A stretch of 64,000 nt of DNA from Nitrospirota bacterium (GCA_963754875.1 CAVWHO010000008.1:128001-192000); one strand, 5' to 3'. Shown: positions 1 to 10,163, counted from the first letter of the stretch. Program-made: numbers and translations. Notes: generated by a model not told the origin, from the letters alone.

Positions 1-572
1 GCATACCCCATTGACTGCGCTTCTTTCAGGACGTCTTCGAACTTCCGGCCCGCGTTCGTCATGAGCGTCAGGATGTAATTGCACGTTCCGTTCACGATGC
101 CGTAGATGGACTTGATATGGTTCGCTGCAAGGCCGTTCCTGACGGCGGCAAGGATCGGGATGCCGCCAGCGACCGATGCTTCGAACCCGAGCGTAACGCC
201 GGACTTCTCGGCCGCTGCATAGATCTCCTCGCCATGCACGGCCAGGAGCGCCTTGTTTGCCGTTACCACATGTTTTTTATTCTTGATCGCCTCAAGGATG
301 AACTCCTTGGCAGGTTTGTATCCGCCGATAAGTTCCACCACGACGTCGATCTCGGGATCGGCAAAGATATCCTGTGCATTCGTCGTAAGCTGAACGCCCT
401 TGAGTGCAATACCCCTATCACGTTTCACGTCGAGATCGGATATCTTCTTCAAGACAACGGGAGCGCCGAGCCTGCGACGGATGATGTCCGCGTTCTCGAT
501 CAGGATGCGCGCCGTGCCCGTTCCGACGGTGCCGAAACCGATGATGCCTACGTTGATGGATTTCTTGGCCAA
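1..572 (-). CDS. hom: Homoserine dehydrogenase (N-terminal part; runs off window edge)
   Basis: Manual reverse translation from TTG at 572: AKKSINVGIIGFGTVGTG...GFEASVAGGIPI...IYGIVNGTCNYILT (Rossmann GxGxxG plus HSD motifs); not in the ORF track because it is truncated. Confidence 0.93.
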   Translation of the reverse strand, partial: MAKKSINVGIIGFGTVGTGTARILIENADIIRRRLGAPVVLKKISDLDVKRDRGIALKGVQLTTNAQDIFADPEIDVVVELIGGYKPAKEFILEAIKNKKHVVTANKALLAVHGEEIYAAAEKSGVTLGFEASVAGGIPILAAVRNGLAANHIKSIYGIVNGTCNYILTLMTNAGRKFEDVLKEAQSMGY

Positions 573-619
573 GATTCCTACCTGCCTTTTCCCTGGGCTT
601 TGTGCGTTGAACTCTGAAC

Positions 620-1795
620 TTATTTGGAAAGGGCCAGTTTTATCCCCTTTGCCGCCTGGCGCAGCCGGTGTTCGTTTTCGATGAGCGCGAATCTTACATG
701 GTCATCGCCGTATTCGCCGAAGCCGATCCCGGGCGAGACCGCAACTCCCGCTTCTTTGATCAGGAATTTCGAAAATTCGAGCGATCCCATTTTTTTGAAT
801 GGCCCAGGAATCTCAGCCCAGACAAACATGGTGGCCTTCGGCTTCTCGATGTGCCATCCCGCCTTGCTCAAACCGTCGATGAGCACGTCCCTGCGGGACT
901 GGTACATGTCCGATATTTCCTTTACGCATTCCTGCGGGCCGTTCAGCGCGATGATCGACGCGATCTGGATCGGCTGGAACATGCCGTAATCGAGGTAACT
1001 TTTGATCTTGACAAGCGCGGCCACAACCTCTTTATTGCCACAGCAGAATCCCACGCGCCAGCCCGCCATATTATAACTCTTGGTGAGGCTGTAAAACTCC
1101 ACGCCGACGTCCTTTGCGCCCGTTGCCTGAAGGAAGCTTGGGGCCTTGTATCCGTCGAAATTCAGGTCCGCATATGCCAAATCGTGGACCACAATGATGT
1201 CGTTCTCCCGCGCAAAATCGGAGATCTTCTGAAAAAACGTCACATCCACGACGGCCGTAGTCGGGTTGTTCGGGAAGTTGAGGATCAACATCTTGGGCCG
1301 GGGCCAGGTGTTCTTGTAGGCCTCCTCCATGTCGACGAAGAAGTCGCCGTCCCTCCTGAGAGGAATGGACCGAACCTCGCCGCCTGCGATGATGACGGCA
1401 TAAGGATGGATGGGATAAGCCGGTGCTGTCGTCAGCACCACGTCACCGGGTTCGACGGTGGCAAGAGCAAGATGGGAAAGCCCTTCCTTGGACCCGATCG
1501 TCGCGACCGCCTCTGACTCTGGGTCAAGATCGACATCGTAGCGGCGTTTGTACCAGCCGCAGACGGCGGTACGGAGTTTAGTTATGCCCTTGGACGCGGA
1601 GTAACGGTGGTTTTTGGGGTTTTGCGCGGCCTCGATGAGTTTGTCGACGATGTGCTGGGGCGTGCCCTGATCAGGATTGCCCATGCCGAGATCGATGATG
1701 TCTTCGCCGCGCCTGCGCGCCTCGATCTTCATGCTGTTCACAATCGCGAAAACATAGGGCGGCAGTCTCTTGATCCTGCCGAACTGCTCAGGCAT
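620..1795 (-). CDS. alaC: PLP-dependent class I/II aminotransferase (AlaC / LL-DAP aminotransferase-like)
   Basis: [10 protein letters not shown]...[33 protein letters not shown]; start trimmed to MPEQF; co-oriented upstream of hom. Confidence 0.8.
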   Translation of the reverse strand: MPEQFGRIKRLPPYVFAIVNSMKIEARRRGEDIIDLGMGNPDQGTPQHIVDKLIEAAQNPKNHRYSASKGITKLRTAVCGWYKRRYDVDLDPESEAVATIGSKEGLSHLALATVEPGDVVLTTAPAYPIHPYAVIIAGGEVRSIPLRRDGDFFVDMEEAYKNTWPRPKMLILNFPNNPTTAVVDVTFFQKISDFARENDIIVVHDLAYADLNFDGYKAPSFLQATGAKDVGVEFYSLTKSYNMAGWRVGFCCGNKEVVAALVKIKSYLDYGMFQPIQIASIIALNGPQECVKEISDMYQSRRDVLIDGLSKAGWHIEKPKATMFVWAEIPGPFKKMGSLEFSKFLIKEAGVAVSPGIGFGEYGDDHVRFALIENEHRLRQAAKGIKLALSK

Positions 1796-1858
1796 CGTTA
1801 ACCCTTTCTTTTTCAAAGAAATCAGTCTTCTAACCACTCAATTTAAAAAGTAAAATTG

Positions 1859-1887
1859 ATAATAAAACAGTATCCATATTTTGTCAA
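1859..1887 (-). promoter_or_regulatory. sigma70-type promoter for alaC-hom
   Basis: TTGACA-N17-TATTAT on the minus strand. Confidence 0.65.
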
Positions 1888-2035
1888 TAAAAAATACTTG
1901 TGCCATGGTGTCATAGGCATGCAACGAGTCGTAAAAGTAAGAGAAAAGGCTTGATTTTTCAGCTCGCCTGTGATAGTGTTCAATTTCCAAAAAAGAGTAA
2001 GGTCGATTCCCGTTTGGACGCACGACTGCGGGATA

Positions 2036-2148
2036 CTCCTTGCTCTCCCCAATATAAACTCCCCTCACCCCTGTGCCCCTCTCCCCTGGAGGGAGAAGGA
2101 AAAAGGGAGAGGGACTTTACCGTGGGAGGGCTATAACCCATAAGGAGG
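2036..2148 (+). promoter_or_regulatory. rpsF (S6:S18) leader-like hairpin sequestering the SD, with a palindromic repeat in its loop
   Basis: CTCCTTG (2036-42) pairs with TAAGGAG (2141-47); GCTCTCCC pairs with GGGAGGGC (2124-31). Confidence 0.55.
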
Positions 2149-2156
2149 GAAAGCAC

Positions 2157-2525
2157 ATGCCGATTTACGAATCTATCTTCATCATTAATGCCAATCTTTC
2201 CGACGAAGAGACCGCAAACGTCATCAAGAAGATGCAGGATGTCGTCGCTAAGCAGGGCGGCGAGATGACGAAGTTCGAGGACTGGGGCAAGAAGAAGCTG
2301 GCCTACGAGATCAAGAAGCAAAAGCGCGGCCACTATGCCTTCTTCCAGTTCAAGGCAGCCCCTGCTGCCGTTGCGGAACTCGAGCGCACCTACAAGCTGA
2401 CGGACTCAGTAATCAAGTTTCTGACGGTCAAGCTTGAGAAAGAACTGCGCGTCAAAGCGCCGCCAAAGCCAAAAAAGAAGGACGCAGCGAAGGCCGCCGA
2501 AAGCGGTCCGGCCACAACGGCTTAG
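2157..2525 (+). CDS. rpsF: 30S ribosomal protein S6
   Basis: MPIYESIFII...WGKKKLAYEIKKQKRGHY; SD AAGGAGG. Confidence 0.97.
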   Translation: MPIYESIFIINANLSDEETANVIKKMQDVVAKQGGEMTKFEDWGKKKLAYEIKKQKRGHYAFFQFKAAPAAVAELERTYKLTDSVIKFLTVKLEKELRVKAPPKPKKKDAAKAAESGPATTA

Positions 2526-2607
2526 CCGTTCTACCGCAGGACGAACAGTCCGACTCCCCCGCTCCTGAACGAAGCGAGGAAGAGCGCGGGGAAATCGAGG
2601 GAGCACC

Positions 2608-3021
2608 ATGACGAGCTTCAATAAAGTTATCCTGCTGGGCAATCTCACCCGCGATCCCGAGGTCCGCTACACCCCGAATGGCATTGCCGTGGCAAGCTTC
2701 GCTATCGCCGTGAACCGCAAGTACAAGCAGGGTGATGAGACCAAGGAAGAAGTAAGCTACATCGATATCGTCGTGTTCGGGAAACAGGCGGAGTCCTGCG
2801 GCCAATACATCAATAAAGGCGATTCCGTCCTGATCGACGGCAGGCTTCAGCAGCGGCGATGGGAGACCGAGGAGGGGCAGAAGAGGAACAAGTTGGAGGT
2901 CGTTGCCCAATCTGTGAACTTCATGCCCAAGCGCTCGTCGGCCGGCAGGGGGGTGGGCGGCGACAGCCATCCCGAACCTGCCCCCGAATCCCCGGTGGAT
3001 GAAGGGGAGATCCCTTTTTAA
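2608..3021 (+). CDS. ssb: Single-stranded DNA-binding protein
   Basis: FNKVILLGNLTRDPEVRYT; acidic C-terminal EIPF. Confidence 0.97.
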   Translation: MTSFNKVILLGNLTRDPEVRYTPNGIAVASFAIAVNRKYKQGDETKEEVSYIDIVVFGKQAESCGQYINKGDSVLIDGRLQQRRWETEEGQKRNKLEVVAQSVNFMPKRSSAGRGVGGDSHPEPAPESPVDEGEIPF

Positions 3022-3076
3022 GACCGGATTCATGGTCAGTTATTACGGACACTAATTCCAAGAGGAGCACATTACT

Positions 3077-3406
3077 ATGGCAGAGTTTCATTCAAGACCA
3101 TCAGGTCCATCGAGACCATCCGATAACAGAGGCAAAGACAGGGGAGACAGCAGGGATTCCCGGGGTGGAGGCGGCGACAAGAGGAGACGCTTCCAGGTCC
3201 GGAAAAAAGTCTGCCGGTTCTGCGTGGACAAGTCCCCCTTTGTCGATTACAAAGACGTAAAGACGCTCCGGTTCTTCATCACCGAACGTGGCAAGATCCT
3301 TCCGCGCCGGATATCGGGTAACTGCGCACGGCACCAGAGAGAGGTGACTGTAGCGGTGCAGCGCTGCAGGAATATCGCGTTGATACCTTTCGCAGGCGAG
3401 AAATAG
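3077..3406 (+). CDS. rpsR: 30S ribosomal protein S18 (Zn-binding Cys form, N-terminal extension)
   Basis: KKVCRFC...[32 protein letters not shown]. Confidence 0.97.
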   Translation: MAEFHSRPSGPSRPSDNRGKDRGDSRDSRGGGGDKRRRFQVRKKVCRFCVDKSPFVDYKDVKTLRFFITERGKILPRRISGNCARHQREVTVAVQRCRNIALIPFAGEK

Positions 3407-3443
3407 ACACCTCGTCGGCGCAGCCCACACCGTCCGTCATTAC

Positions 3444-3494
3444 AGGGGAAACCCAGCGGTTACTTGCCGTAACCCTGGATTTCCCCTTTTCTTT
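3444..3494 (+). terminator. Intrinsic terminator after rpsR
   Basis: AGGGGAAA..GGTTAC/GTAACC..TTTCCCCT stem followed by TTTCTTT. Confidence 0.7.
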
Positions 3495-3554
3495 GGTTTA
3501 GTCTCCGATGCGTTTGATGCAATGCCTTCTTCACTGAAGATAACGACGAAAAGC

Positions 3555-3770
3555 GAGTGGAGCCCCCTCGGCAGGAGTTGGAGGCTCCCTCTGATAACGC
3601 GACCTCCCGCCTGCACCAAGCGTTTACGAGTGCAATAGCGTAGCCTGTTCTTGCCTGTGGCCGCGAATTGGCAACACCAGGCTGCGAAAACGCGGCCATA
3701 AACGAGTGCAGGGCGCGGTTTACGACGCATTACCCCCGGCAGGAGCCGGAGCGCGGGATTTACCCCGGTC
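3555..3770 (+). ncRNA. Candidate structured RNA with pseudoknot (family unknown)
   Basis: Several nested stems plus an 8-bp loop-to-downstream pairing found by eye; no convincing ORF. Confidence 0.35.
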
Positions 3771-3882
3771 ACGGATATTTACGGATCCGCCCTGTTGAAA
3801 GAGAAGAATAATTCGCCGTTTGAGACCTCGCTGTCAGTGTTCATCCGAGGCAAACCGTTTCTTTTATTATCAGGAGATGTCC

Positions 3883-4815
3883 ATGAATTACCGATCTACA
3901 TTCGTCGCCGCGATTCAGACCGTGGGACTCTATGCCGCAGGCTTTATCGTTCCTGTCATTGGGCAAATACTCGCACTGTTAACGCCAATACCGCTCATTC
4001 TGGTATCCCTCCGCAGCGGCAGGAAGGAGGGGCTCGTAGCCCTCGGAACTTCCGCGGCCCTGATCGCGGCCATCGGCGGATGGCAGGCAGCGGCTCTACT
4101 CCTGGCCACATTCGGCTTGATGGCCGTCGGAATTTCCGAAGGGATACGCAAGCAGATGAAGCCGGAACAGGTCTCGCTCCTGGGGGGTCTTCTGCCCATA
4201 GCGGTCATCGGCATATTAGCCGCCTTCTACTTCGCTCGTGCAGGCAAAAGCCCGATCGGCGCCATTGAAGAGTATCTTCGGGCAAGCATTACAGAAGCGG
4301 CAGCGGTTTATACCAAGATGGGGCTAAACGAAATGGCGGCCATGGTCACTTCGGTAACGGACACCTTCGTCCACTATCTCGTGAGGCTCATTCCCGCTGT
4401 CACGATCGCAACTTCCGTTATGCAAGCGGCAACGTGCTACGGCATCAGCCGAACAGTCATTTTAAAGAAAGAGGTTTCGTCCCCGTTCGCAGGCCAACCG
4501 TCTCTCGCTTTGTGGCACGCACCCGATGCGTGGGTGTGGGGCTTGATCGTCGCACTCGCTCTCCTCGTCGTCCCGAATGAAACGTCACGGCTCATCGGCT
4601 GGAACCTCGCCATTCTCTTCGCTGTCGTCTATCTGGCGCAAGGCGCAGCCACCGTGGAATTTTATCTCAAAAAAATGCGTATCAGGCCGTTCATGCGAGG
4701 ATTGCTCCTCGCCCTCGTTTTGGCCATGCCGTCCATCGTATTCGCCATTGCTCTCGGGATCGTGGACATCTGGGCCGATTTCCGAAAGGTCCGCGGCTCG
4801 GTTCTGAAAATATAA
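3883..4815 (+). CDS. DUF2232 / YybS-family membrane protein
   Basis: Multi-TM protein after rpsR, C-terminal LGIVDIWADFRK; SD AGGAG. Confidence 0.85.
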   Translation: MNYRSTFVAAIQTVGLYAAGFIVPVIGQILALLTPIPLILVSLRSGRKEGLVALGTSAALIAAIGGWQAAALLLATFGLMAVGISEGIRKQMKPEQVSLLGGLLPIAVIGILAAFYFARAGKSPIGAIEEYLRASITEAAAVYTKMGLNEMAAMVTSVTDTFVHYLVRLIPAVTIATSVMQAATCYGISRTVILKKEVSSPFAGQPSLALWHAPDAWVWGLIVALALLVVPNETSRLIGWNLAILFAVVYLAQGAATVEFYLKKMRIRPFMRGLLLALVLAMPSIVFAIALGIVDIWADFRKVRGSVLKI

Positions 4816-5170
4816 GTTTTGAAAAGCCGGAACCATCCTCCTTTTTCAGAGGAAGATCAAAACGGATTAATAAACCACATTACACGATCTGATACCTGCC
4901 CTTTGAAATGAAGAATCTGGCCCAAAACTATTCTTTCTCTGTTTCGTCGAAGAACAGTTCGTTCATGCCGCAATTAAGAACGCTGTACATGATTCTTTGC
5001 CATCACGCTCCTGGATTCTTTGCATCCCCGGGAAAAGCATAAAAAAAGTCCCACTCCATGCGGCGAAGCATCCGGGTTCTCAGATGCTTCCCCTGCACCT
5101 ACCTTCGCCATTCCCCACTTTTCTTTCATTTTTTATCCCGTTTCTGTTATAATGCTCCAGAGGTAATTCA

Positions 5171-5452
5171 ATGCGTCTGCCCAAAGAAATGATCAAGCAT
5201 ATCGCTGATGCGATCGCTGTAAACGCGGAGAGCAAAGGTTTGGCCGAGTACGATGTTCCGAAGGCCGAGATCGCAGCGAAGATCGTTGACGTGATCACCG
5301 CAAACATGCTGGAAGAGGATAAACTCAACGCAGACGTTGAAAAGCTCCTCGCCGCGCACGAGGCGGAGATAAAAAAAGAAAATATGGACTACCGCAAGGT
5401 GTTCGAACTGACGAAGCAGAAGCTCGCGAAAGAACGGGGGATGGTCCTGTGA
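5171..5452 (+). CDS. DUF507-family protein
   Basis: MRLPKEMIKHIA...MDYRKVFELTKQKLAKERGMVL. Confidence 0.75.
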   Translation: MRLPKEMIKHIADAIAVNAESKGLAEYDVPKAEIAAKIVDVITANMLEEDKLNADVEKLLAAHEAEIKKENMDYRKVFELTKQKLAKERGMVL

Positions 5453-5727
5453 GGTTAAGCGAAGACAGAATATCCCACCTCTCGCACCTGATCCTGGACA
5501 AACTGGTTCGGGACAGAAGCGTTGATGTGCTCCAGCCGGAGGCAAAGCTCCTTCGCGAGATCAAGCGGACCATCAGCGACGAGTTGAAGTACGAAGATGA
5601 GGCCGACGAGGCCGCCCGCCGCACCATCCAGTCGTTGTCCCGCAAAGTTCCCGAAGGCAGCCGTGAATGGGACGTTCTGTACCGGAAATATTTCGAAGAA
5701 GAGATGAACAGGAGAAGAAAAGTGTGA
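5449..5727 (+). CDS. DUF507-family protein (second paralog)
   Basis: MRLSEDRISHLSH...VPEGSREWDVLYRKY; GTGA overlap with previous gene. Confidence 0.75.
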   Translation: MRLSEDRISHLSHLILDKLVRDRSVDVLQPEAKLLREIKRTISDELKYEDEADEAARRTIQSLSRKVPEGSREWDVLYRKYFEEEMNRRRKV

Positions 5728-7832
5728 GGAAAATCGTTCTCCCCGGCCTGGTCCTCTACTGCATCGTCGCCGGACTGGGATTGTTTCTCAAACCGGGCTA
5801 CGCAGGCTACCTGCTGGTAGGCTGGCTCGCCGGATTCCTTTTCCTCGTTTTCACCATTTCCTATCTGACGCTTTTCACCAAAGACCGAGACGATGGTTTT
5901 TCCTTTACCCTGCTTGCAATCATCGGACTCAATTTTCTCATCCAGCTGACCGGAGGTATGCAGTCCCCGATCTTTCCGCTCTACTTTCTCCTTACGTCGA
6001 TTGCCGCATTCCAACGCCTCAACTGGGCATACCCCGTGGTCGGGCTCATCCTGACCATCGAAGCGCTCAATATCATCATCTCGGGCCAGAACAATGCAAA
6101 CCGCTGGTATTCCTTTGGAGGCTTTGGTGTTTCGCTTGCGGGCGTTACGTTCATTACTTCCCATATCACCCGTGTGATCAGGGGCGAGGCCAAAACAGCC
6201 AAAGACAATTATGCAAAGTTGATTTCCGACGCCGATGCCGTGGATCCGCTCGCGGGCGGGACAAATGTTGAGGCACTGACCGAGAAAAAACGGCAGGCAA
6301 CCTACGTCAGTGCGGCGCGGGAACGGGAAGGCGCCTTCAGCTCTCTCATCGACATGATCTCCGATCTGGTGCCTGCCCACACCTATGCGCTCTTTCTCGA
6401 TGACCGCCTTGAGGGAGTTTACGCGCTGCGGGGCATCCGGAGCCAGAGCCGCGATGTGGCCACGGCACCGCTTCAATTTACCCGGGACCAGGGTCTTGTC
6501 GGTATCTGTGCCGCCCAAAAGCAGCCGCAATACCTGCCCTTCCTGGTTGTTCCCGTAAACAGTCTTAGATACTACACGCGCGATATCCCGATCAAGTCAT
6601 TTCTCGCGGTTCCGATAGTGCAGGGCGACCAGGTTCTTGGCGTCCTTGTTGTCGACAGCCTTGAACAGGATGCTTTTCCTGGGGAAATCCAGGAGACGTT
6701 GACGCGGTTCATCCCCTTCTTCAGCCAGATCATAGAAAAGATCAGAATATCGGTTGAGATGGACATTCGCGCGAAAAACTTTGCCGCGCTCCATGATATG
6801 AGTTCGGTACTGAGCAGCAGCCTTGAGATCAGCGAGGTTCTGGAAAAGCTGATGACGCAGATCAGGTCCGTGGTACCGTACGATTTTTGCGCCTTCCTGC
6901 TCTATGATGAACAGACAAAAGAAGCGGTGATCACGGCCATCAGGGGCTATGACACCAAGTTCACTAACAGCCGGTTTCCACTCGATCAAAGCGCCATCCT
7001 CACCCATATGATGAACCAGTGGCGCGACCGCCGTGTTTATGTCCACCACGACCCCGACCTCGGTGATCGGGGCAGGGAGATCGGCCTTTTCCCCGTTAAG
7101 GAACTCCAGCAGCCCATCAAATCGCTCTTCGGAAGGCCGCTGGTCGCCCGCGACAAGTTCATCGGAGCGGCGTTCCTCGCCTCCATCCGCACGAACACCT
7201 TTACCGAGTACCACCGCAATTTTCTGGACACCCTTTTGAACCAGGTATCCATGGTTGTGGACAACAGTATGCTGCACCGGAATATCTGCGACTTGGCCAG
7301 GACCGACGGTTTGACCGGTCTCCTGAACCACCGCACCTTCATGGAAAAACTCGCAGAAGAATACAAGCGCCTCGATCGCGAACCGCGCCCCTTTTCCATC
7401 CTGCTGATGGACATTGACAAATTCAAGAATGTCAACGACAAGTATGGCCACCCCGTGGGCGACGTTGCGATCAAGACCGTTTCAAAGGTGCTGAAAGAAA
7501 CTGCGCGCGGCTCCGACTTTGTGGCGCGCTACGGCGGCGAAGAATTCGCCGTAGGCATGGTGGACACTGACAGCAAAGGCGCCGAGCAAATGGGAGAGCG
7601 AATCAGGAGTATTTTGGAGAAAACCCTCGTAACGCGCGTGCCTGACGGAGAGTTGCGGGTCACCGTCAGCATCGGCGTCAGCACGTTTCCGTCGGATACG
7701 ACGAACAGGGCCGACCTGGTGACCATGGCCGATGATGCACTGTATCATGCCAAACGAACGGGAAGGAACCGTGTTAGCCCCTATCGCAGCGTAAAAGAAG
7801 ATGAAACAGTGCCGGCAAAATCGGCAAAATAA
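5724..7832 (+). CDS. Membrane-anchored GAF-GAF-GGDEF diguanylate cyclase
   Basis: N-terminal TM helices, two GAF-like segments, TDGLTGLLNHR, DIDKFKNVNDKYGHPVGD, RGSD I-site, GGEEF; GTGA overlap start. Confidence 0.92.
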   Translation: MRKIVLPGLVLYCIVAGLGLFLKPGYAGYLLVGWLAGFLFLVFTISYLTLFTKDRDDGFSFTLLAIIGLNFLIQLTGGMQSPIFPLYFLLTSIAAFQRLNWAYPVVGLILTIEALNIIISGQNNANRWYSFGGFGVSLAGVTFITSHITRVIRGEAKTAKDNYAKLISDADAVDPLAGGTNVEALTEKKRQATYVSAAREREGAFSSLIDMISDLVPAHTYALFLDDRLEGVYALRGIRSQSRDVATAPLQFTRDQGLVGICAAQKQPQYLPFLVVPVNSLRYYTRDIPIKSFLAVPIVQGDQVLGVLVVDSLEQDAFPGEIQETLTRFIPFFSQIIEKIRISVEMDIRAKNFAALHDMSSVLSSSLEISEVLEKLMTQIRSVVPYDFCAFLLYDEQTKEAVITAIRGYDTKFTNSRFPLDQSAILTHMMNQWRDRRVYVHHDPDLGDRGREIGLFPVKELQQPIKSLFGRPLVARDKFIGAAFLASIRTNTFTEYHRNFLDTLLNQVSMVVDNSMLHRNICDLARTDGLTGLLNHRTFMEKLAEEYKRLDREPRPFSILLMDIDKFKNVNDKYGHPVGDVAIKTVSKVLKETARGSDFVARYGGEEFAVGMVDTDSKGAEQMGERIRSILEKTLVTRVPDGELRVTVSIGVSTFPSDTTNRADLVTMADDALYHAKRTGRNRVSPYRSVKEDETVPAKSAK

Positions 7833-7934
7833 CCTTTGGAAGAAAGAACTGCAAATAAGTACAAATAAAATGTTTTTTTACGATTTCTGGCGCACATGGG
7901 TGCAGCACGATTCTTAAGAATAAAAGCTTTCTAT

Positions 7935-7960
7935 TCAACCTTTTCCCGTGCCTGGTGTCT
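7935..7960 (+). promoter_or_regulatory. Putative ECF-sigma (autoregulatory) promoter
   Basis: TCAACC ... TGTCT with ECF-like AAC/GTC spacing just upstream of the ECF sigma gene. Confidence 0.45.
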
Positions 7961-7984
7961 CACTAATCAGCATACGGCGCGTGT

Positions 7985-8563
7985 ATGGACGAAGACCTCG
8001 ATCTGATCAACAGAACCGAAGCCGGCGAGCGTGAAGCATTCGACGATCTGGTCAGAAAATACCAGAAACCGCTCTACGCAATGCTCTACCGAATGGTAGG
8101 AAACCATGAAGACGCTTCGGACCTCCTGCAAAAGGCCTTTGTCAAGGCATTCATTGGTTTGAAGTCCTTTGAGCGCAGAGCGACGTTCAAAACCTGGCTC
8201 TACCAGATCGCGATCAACCTTGCTAAGAACGTCTACCGCGACCGCGCCCGGATCGAGCAGGTCCCCATCGACGACGTCATCATCAAGAGGAACCCGCGGA
8301 CGCTCGAAATCATGATCATCAACGAAAACAGGCAGCTGCTGCGGCAAGCGCTTGCGAGGCTGCCGGAAAAACAGCGCATCACGCTGATGCTCAGGGTACA
8401 GAGTGAAAAGAAATTCGAGGAGATCGCCGGGATCATGAAATGCTCCGTAGGCACCGCAAAAGCGAACTTTCATCATGCAGTGCAGAAACTGAAAGCGATC
8501 ATGGCGGAAAAGAACTACGGCCAGGAATCAGGCGACGGGAAGCAGAAGCAAGACGACAAATAA
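7985..8563 (+). CDS. ECF RNA polymerase sigma factor
   Basis: Region 2 (FKTWLYQIAINLAKN) and region 4 (EIAGIMKCSVGTAKANFHHA). Confidence 0.93.
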   Translation: MDEDLDLINRTEAGEREAFDDLVRKYQKPLYAMLYRMVGNHEDASDLLQKAFVKAFIGLKSFERRATFKTWLYQIAINLAKNVYRDRARIEQVPIDDVIIKRNPRTLEIMIINENRQLLRQALARLPEKQRITLMLRVQSEKKFEEIAGIMKCSVGTAKANFHHAVQKLKAIMAEKNYGQESGDGKQKQDDK

Positions 8564-8626
8564 CGGAGTTGCAGGGTCGTTTCAGGCCTGATAGGTAATG
8601 TGGCCGGCCCCCTGCAAAGAACCAGC

Positions 8627-9247
8627 ATGTGCAATGATAAAAACATAAAAGAATTGATCCCCGCTTATCGGGAACAGGGGCTCGACCAATACAAGCAGGA
8701 AAGGGTCAGGAAACACCTGGAATCATGCGAAGATTGCCGGGCAGACCTGGCTCTTCTTCACATGATGCATGAGGATTCAGTGCCTGATCCCGGCGAAAGG
8801 TACTGGGACGAAATGCCGGGCCGCGTATTCCGTGCTGTTCAGGCGCAAAAGAAAAGGAAATGGTCTTTTGAGCTTTCATGGCTTACGGACCGGCTCATCC
8901 TGCCCCGCTGGGTAATAGCCGCAAGTACGGTCGGACTGGCATTGGTAATCTCGTGGTTTGCCGTTCAAACGCCGCAGAAAGGACCTGCATCGCAGGGCTA
9001 TGAGCCTGCTCCTGAGATCATGGTTTCCGATTCAGTGCCTCTGAGCGACCTCGACCGCGACCAGCTCGATACTGTTTCAGCCTGGGCAGGAAGCGAGTTG
9101 GCTTCGATCGCCCGTGAGACTTCGGCTGCGCCTGTTATGGTGAATACTACGGATACGGACATCTACGAAGAACTTGCCGATTTAAACACAAAAGAAGCGG
9201 AACGGCTTTCTACAATGCTCGATCAATGGGGACAGGAGGGATCATGA
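8627..9247 (+). CDS. Zinc-finger (zf-HC2) anti-sigma factor
   Basis: HLESCEDC (HxxxCxxC) followed by one TM helix; follows ECF sigma. Confidence 0.88.
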   Translation: MCNDKNIKELIPAYREQGLDQYKQERVRKHLESCEDCRADLALLHMMHEDSVPDPGERYWDEMPGRVFRAVQAQKKRKWSFELSWLTDRLILPRWVIAASTVGLALVISWFAVQTPQKGPASQGYEPAPEIMVSDSVPLSDLDRDQLDTVSAWAGSELASIARETSAAPVMVNTTDTDIYEELADLNTKEAERLSTMLDQWGQEGS

Positions 9248-9864
9248 TGAGGGCATTCATAATCGCTAGAGTGCTGATAACAACGTTAGCCATCGGTGCG
9301 GCAGCGTCTGCCGCATTCGCCCAGCAAGGCCGCCCCGCAGGACAGTATGACGACGTGATGGGGCTTGAAAACCAGCCCGGCCGCGGCAACGTTTTGTCGG
9401 AGGAGAAACGAGAACAGATCAGGAAAAAAATTGAGACCGTCAGAATCTGGCGGCTTACGGAACAACTAAAGCTCGACACCACAACAAGCGCAAAACTGGC
9501 GTCCCTCATAAGCTCAATTGATGAGCAGCGCACCAGTATCAACCAGGCGCAAATGATGAGCATGCGGGAACTGCGTATTACTCTGAAATCCCCGAAGCCC
9601 GACGAGGCAAAGATCAAATCCCTCCTCGATAAACTGGAGAACAATCAGCATGCCATGCAAGAACTCCGAGAGCGGGAGTGGAGAGGTCTGCAGGACATCC
9701 TGACAGTAGAGCAGCAAGCGCGTTACTTTCTCTTCCAGCAGGCATTTAGACATGAGATACAACGCATGATAGCCAACGCCAGAAACAGAGGGAGAGGTCC
9801 AATGGCCGGCCAACAAGGGAGAGGCAACGTGCCCGGAGGCCAGGCGGGGCCGCCGGAGAATTAA
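9244..9864 (+). CDS. Periplasmic Spy/CpxP-like helical protein
   Basis: Signal peptide (AFA-Q), helical, LTVEQQ (LTxxQ) motif; ATGA-coupled to anti-sigma. Confidence 0.65.
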   Translation: MMRAFIIARVLITTLAIGAAASAAFAQQGRPAGQYDDVMGLENQPGRGNVLSEEKREQIRKKIETVRIWRLTEQLKLDTTTSAKLASLISSIDEQRTSINQAQMMSMRELRITLKSPKPDEAKIKSLLDKLENNQHAMQELREREWRGLQDILTVEQQARYFLFQQAFRHEIQRMIANARNRGRGPMAGQQGRGNVPGGQAGPPEN

Positions 9865-9898
9865 GCTCGAACGCTGTGCCGCAATCGGTTATCAGAGT

Positions 9899-9926
9899 AG
9901 GGGGCTCTCCATGGCCCCCTTTTTTA
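9899..9926 (+). terminator. Intrinsic terminator
   Basis: AGGGGGC..GCCCCCT stem followed by T-run. Confidence 0.75.
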
Positions 9927-10086
9927 TAAGAGAGTCCTGTCCTTGAAGACCGGTATACCGGGGAGATTGAGACAATGCTTTCGCGCTTTGTACCGGTCAT
10001 TTCCTCCGGCATTTCGAAACCGGCAGCCTCGCCTTCCTGCTATATGAAAGAATTGCATCCAAAGATCATTTCGGCGACGCTTCTTA

Positions 10087-10116
10087 TTGACAAATAGCCC
10101 CCCAAGTCCGTATAAT
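10087..10116 (+). promoter_or_regulatory. sigma70 promoter
   Basis: TTGACA-N18-TATAAT. Confidence 0.65.
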
Positions 10117-10163
10117 CTTCTACTGTTTTTTTTAACTACTGTTCTCAGGAAGGCGTCATCCGA

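Noticed and set aside
3440..3772. Minus-strand ORFs of 110 and 79 aa between rpsR and DUF2232
   Set aside because: No recognisable SD or domain; dense base-pairing fits a non-coding element better
5325..6530. Long antisense ORFs (also 15364-16302, 19095-20024, 47979-48845, 54701-55810)
   Set aside because: Shadow frames of well-supported genes in GC-rich DNA, with no recognisable motifs
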